Of a stretch of DNA of 64,000 bases, positions 63,195 through 64,000 are shown piece by piece. Location: contig NW_025963909.1 in the NCBI RefSeq assembly GCF_023055435.1, positions 1 through 64,000 of the forward strand, in the 5' to 3' direction. Within the stretch, counting starts at the first letter, position 1. The number at the start of each line of letters is the position of its first letter. Source of the stretch: Haliotis rufescens. Lineage: Eukaryota. Under the pieces are notes generated by a model that saw nothing but the letters and a program-made list of their open reading frames with translations, had not been told where the DNA came from and did not search any database. The translations under genes and the position numbers were made by a program.

Positions 63195-64000
63195 TTCTGG
63201 TATGACCAAGTCTTGTCCACGACAGGACATGGCGTTGGATACCAGGTGTGACCAAGTCATGTCTAGGACAGTGCGTGGGGTTGTTTACCAGGTATGACCA
63301 AGTCTTGTCTAGGACAGTACGTGGGGTTGTATACCAGGTGTGACCAAGTCTTGTCTAGGACAGGACATGGGGTTGGATACTAGGTGTGACCAAGTCTTGT
63401 CTAGGATAGTACGTGGGGTTGTATACCAGGTATGACCAAGTCTTGTCTAGGACAGTACGTGGGGTTGGATACTAGGTGTGACCAAGTCTTGTCTAGGACA
63501 GTACGTGGGGTTGTATACCAGGTATAACCAAGTCTTGTCTAGGACAGGACATGGGGTTGGATACTAGGTGTGACCAAGTCTTGTCTAGGACAGTACGTGG
63601 GGTTGTATACCAGGTATGATCAAGTCTTGTCTAGGACAGTACGTGGGGTTGGATACTAGGTGTGACCAAGTCTTGTCTAGGACCGCATGTGGGGTTGTAT
63701 ACCAGGTATGACCAAGTCTTGTCTAGGACAGTACGTGGGGTTGGATACTAGGTGTGACCAAGTCTTTTCTAGGACAGTACGTGGGGGTTGTATACCAGGT
63801 GTAACCAAGTCTTGTCTAAGACAGTACATGGGGTTGGATACTAGGTGTGACCAAGTCTTGTCTAGGACAATGCGTGGGGTTGTATACCAGGTGTGACCAA
63901 GTCTTGTCTAGGACAGTACATGGGGTTGGATCTTAGGTGTGACCAAGTCTTGTCTAGGACAGTATGTGGGGTTGGATACTAGGTGTGACCAAGTCTTGTC
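63195..64000. repeat. 46-bp minisatellite with alternating A/B variants
   Basis: ggtgtgaccaagtcttgtctaggacagtacgtggggttg(g/t)atac; runs off the window end. Confidence 0.93.

Overview
Eukaryotic, repeat-rich DNA (about 38-40% GC by eye, with N gaps). The SINE and MITE complement suggests a mollusc, possibly a gastropod such as abalone; that is inference only. The main feature is a 10,838-bp integrated Maverick/Polinton-type endogenous virus at 17555-28392, with AGT...ACT termini, terminal inverted repeats built from tandem units and a perfect 6-bp target-site duplication (ACCGCT). It encodes an integrase with a chromodomain, a short minor capsid, a major capsid, an adenain-type protease and a packaging ATPase. 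It also carries a NADAR (YbiA-like) gene, a single-BIR IAP-like gene and a PC4-like ORF, but no recognisable protein-primed DNA polymerase B. Several of its genes carry inactivating lesions. Host genes are a 3-exon C3orf38/DUF4518 homologue, a multi-exon CENP-O homologue with a CDE/CHR-like promoter, a single-exon class A peptide GPCR and an uncharacterised Tyr/Pro-rich exon. The rest comprises two decayed Tc1 transposons, at least four SINE families (some nested, with TSDs), MITEs, a ~3-kb direct duplication and several minisatellites, one of them amplified from a SINE head.
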